64,000 nt of DNA from the human T2T-CHM13v2.0 reference genome, Homo sapiens. Position numbers and translations under genes: made by a program. Positions 60,815 through 64,000 of this stretch are shown in pieces. Numbering within the stretch: the stretch's first letter is position 1; each line of letters opens with the position of its first letter. The DNA is taken from NCBI RefSeq assembly GCF_009914755.1, contig NC_060933.1; one strand, given 5' to 3'. A model generated the notes under the pieces. It did not search any database and was not told where the DNA came from. It worked only from the letters and a program-made list of their open reading frames with translations.

Positions 60815-62613
60815 CCACAAACATCCATTTGTGGAACTGGCTGGTCAGGGCTGCCTCTGACCTGCTGGGTGACCCACATCAAGTCCCCCCACCATTCTGG
60901 GACTCTGTTTCCCTATGGCTAGTGGGTGGGGAAGAGCGGGGGTGGATAGGACATATTCTAAGTTCTACTAGGGGTCTGACAGTCTGAGATTTCACCTAAG
61001 GATGAAGGCAGGAGGAAGACAGAGCAGGGCATAGATGGGACTGCTGAAGGTAAAGGCAGGGTCCCAGGGGTTGTACCCCGGATGGGAGGGCCGTTATGGG
61101 GACCAGAGAAAAGGCTGAGTGCCTGCGGGGAGAAGATCAGGCAAGAGGAAGATCCCCATCCTCTCCACTGTGGCAGCACACTGCAGTGCTTAGGCCCAGG
61201 GCTTGAGCCCCAGTGGCTCATTTCAGGGCAGTGTTACTTGGGTAAATTTCTTCACCTGACTGAGTTATACGAGTACCTCAGTCTCCCCATCTGTCAAATG
61301 GGGGCAGAAAGAGTATCTCCTTTGTAGGGCTTTTGCAAGCGTTAAGTCTGACAGTACACATACCACGCTTAGAGCAGCGTCTAGCATACTGTAAGTGCTG
61401 AATAAATGTCAGTTGTTATATTATCTCTTTATCCCACCCCCACTCCTGCCACAGGGGTTGAAGCCAGCTGAACCCTGGCTGAGGGTCCCTTCAGCCTCCA
61501 AGGCTGGTGCCCCAAAGACTGGGCTGGAACTAGGAAGCAGGGTCCCAGAGCCAAGGGTAAACAGTTCTTTAGGTCTCCAGCATTCAGGTCACAAAAGTTG
61601 TGGGGAAAAGAAGCTGAATTTGGAAGCAGACGGCCTGGAGTTGAAATCTGGACCTGTCATTTGTCCCAAGCCTCAATTTTCTCATCTATAAACTGGGGAT
61701 AGAGGCAAGGAGGAGCTGGCATTATGCCTGACATGCTGGGGACAGAGGAGAGGTGGCCGCCTCACTCTTGCCCAGATCCACCTCCAGCCCTGGGGCAAAA
61801 GAATGGGTCTGTCGCCCGAGGGCCCAGCACCAACACATCCGTGACCACAAGCAAGTCCCTCTGTCCCTCTGGGTCACGTCTGTCTGGCTGGGGTGAGGGA
61901 GAATGCTAATGGTCACGTCCCCCGTGTCTCGGGGAGCCCACCCTCTCCTGGTTCACACGGCTCCTGCTCCAGGCTCTTTTTCCTCCTAGCAAATGGGAAC
62001 GCAGCCTCTAAGAGACAGGTGTTTGTGGTCTCGCTCTTGCGCCACTGACCCTTCTCCAGCAAGTCCCAGACTCCAACACAGACAGCCAGCAGCATGGGGA
62101 CTTTAAGTCCTCCAGCAAAGGATCCTCCACACTCAGGAACACTCTTCAATCCCAGCCACCCAGCACAGGCCACGAGCCGCTGCAGCCTTGCTGCCGGGAC
62201 GCAATCCACATGAAATAATCCAAAATACAGGAAAAGGTGCACGTACCAAAACTGTGCATTGTGGTAGTATTTATAACTAGAACAAAGGGGAAACCACCTA
62301 AATATTTAACAATAAGCAAACGGTGACAAGTTGATGGGACAGAATATTCCAGAAGTGCAAGAGGATGGTCATGGAGTCCACAGGACAACATGGAGACCTG
62401 GTTCGAAAGAAATAGACAAAAGACTCCCAAAATGTGGACCCATCTGGATTAAAAGTAGCTTAAAAAGTTAGAAAAAAAAACTAGTAAGCCATCTACCACC
62501 ATACTAACGGTACCTGTATCAATAAAGGAGTTCCGAGGTGATTTTTTCCCTTTTCTCTATTTTTTTTGAGGGGCAAGCTGAGGCAGCTATATGGTTAATT
62601 TTAATTGCTTTAA

Positions 62614-63308
<695 letters not shown>

Positions 63309-64000
63309 AAGTGAAAGTCCCACAGAGAAAACCCCAGACCAGAGAACAGTAATAGTGGGTTAAATAGAAAACTCTATTCCAGAATTTTCTCTGTGCATAT
63401 TGTACATTATTACTATTTTATTGTTGCCAAAATGGAATTATTGTTGTTTGGGCACCTAACAGTGTGTCCCTGACATCCGTCCATGGCAGTGTTCATATGA
63501 CTCTGCCTTCTTGGTGCCTGCTGCATGACATTCCGTCGTGTGGTAATTTATTAACAGTCTTTGCTCATGGACACTTAGATGATTTCCAGTTATCGGGTTT
63601 TTGTTACAGGTACCCACGGACCACGCATCTTTACAGAGTTGGACGAATAACTTTAGAAGGCTGACTACTGAAGGCTGATTTGTGAGGGTATCAAGTCACA
63701 TGCAAGGTACAGTTTTAGGAGATTCTTACAAGTGGTGCCCCCAAATTCTAGACCCATTTCTAGGAGGTCAGGGTCACTCCGACCCCTACCCCCAGCTGGC
63801 TTCCAGGCCCTGGCCCCAGGCTCCCCTCTGCCTTCCATGGGCCTCAGCTTCCCAGACCATAAATGAGTTGGGTTGATGGTCTGTTGTACCTTTGAGCCTG
63901 TGACTCCTGGTGCACTGGGACCAGCTCCTACCTGCTCACAGGAACAGACGGATACGTTTCCAGGAGTTTTTCCAACTGGCTGTTACATAGCTATTACTAT

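Overview
Human (or very close great-ape) genomic DNA, recognisable from its translations as the CDK9-FPGS-ENG locus on 9q34.11. The + strand carries the last two coding exons and 3' UTR of CDK9 (1-~2240) and the complete FPGS gene. FPGS has 15 coding exons at 14344-25023; their lengths sum to 1764 nt (587 aa + stop), all introns are GT-AG, and there is a TATA-less CpG promoter with two in-frame ATGs. The - strand carries ENG (endoglin) exons 2-15 (54661 down to 27101; exon 1 lies beyond the window end), converging on FPGS with about 1 kb between the poly(A) signals. The non-coding DNA is very Alu-rich and also holds MIR/L2/L1M fragments, an MLT1 LTR, an LTR10-family solo LTR, MER47A and MER53 DNA-transposon remnants, two hY3 RNA pseudogenes and a partial 5S rRNA pseudogene. 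I see no evidence of a new gene system; most short ORFs in the track are Alu-derived or antisense shadows. The most interesting observations are structural: a 178-bp identical tract between two independently inserted Alus, a composite insertion that duplicated a Y3 pseudogene plus Alu segment, a polyadenylated retrocopy or transduction of unknown origin, and motif clusters that look like endothelial enhancers in ENG introns. Repeat family names and repeat boundaries are by eye and approximate.
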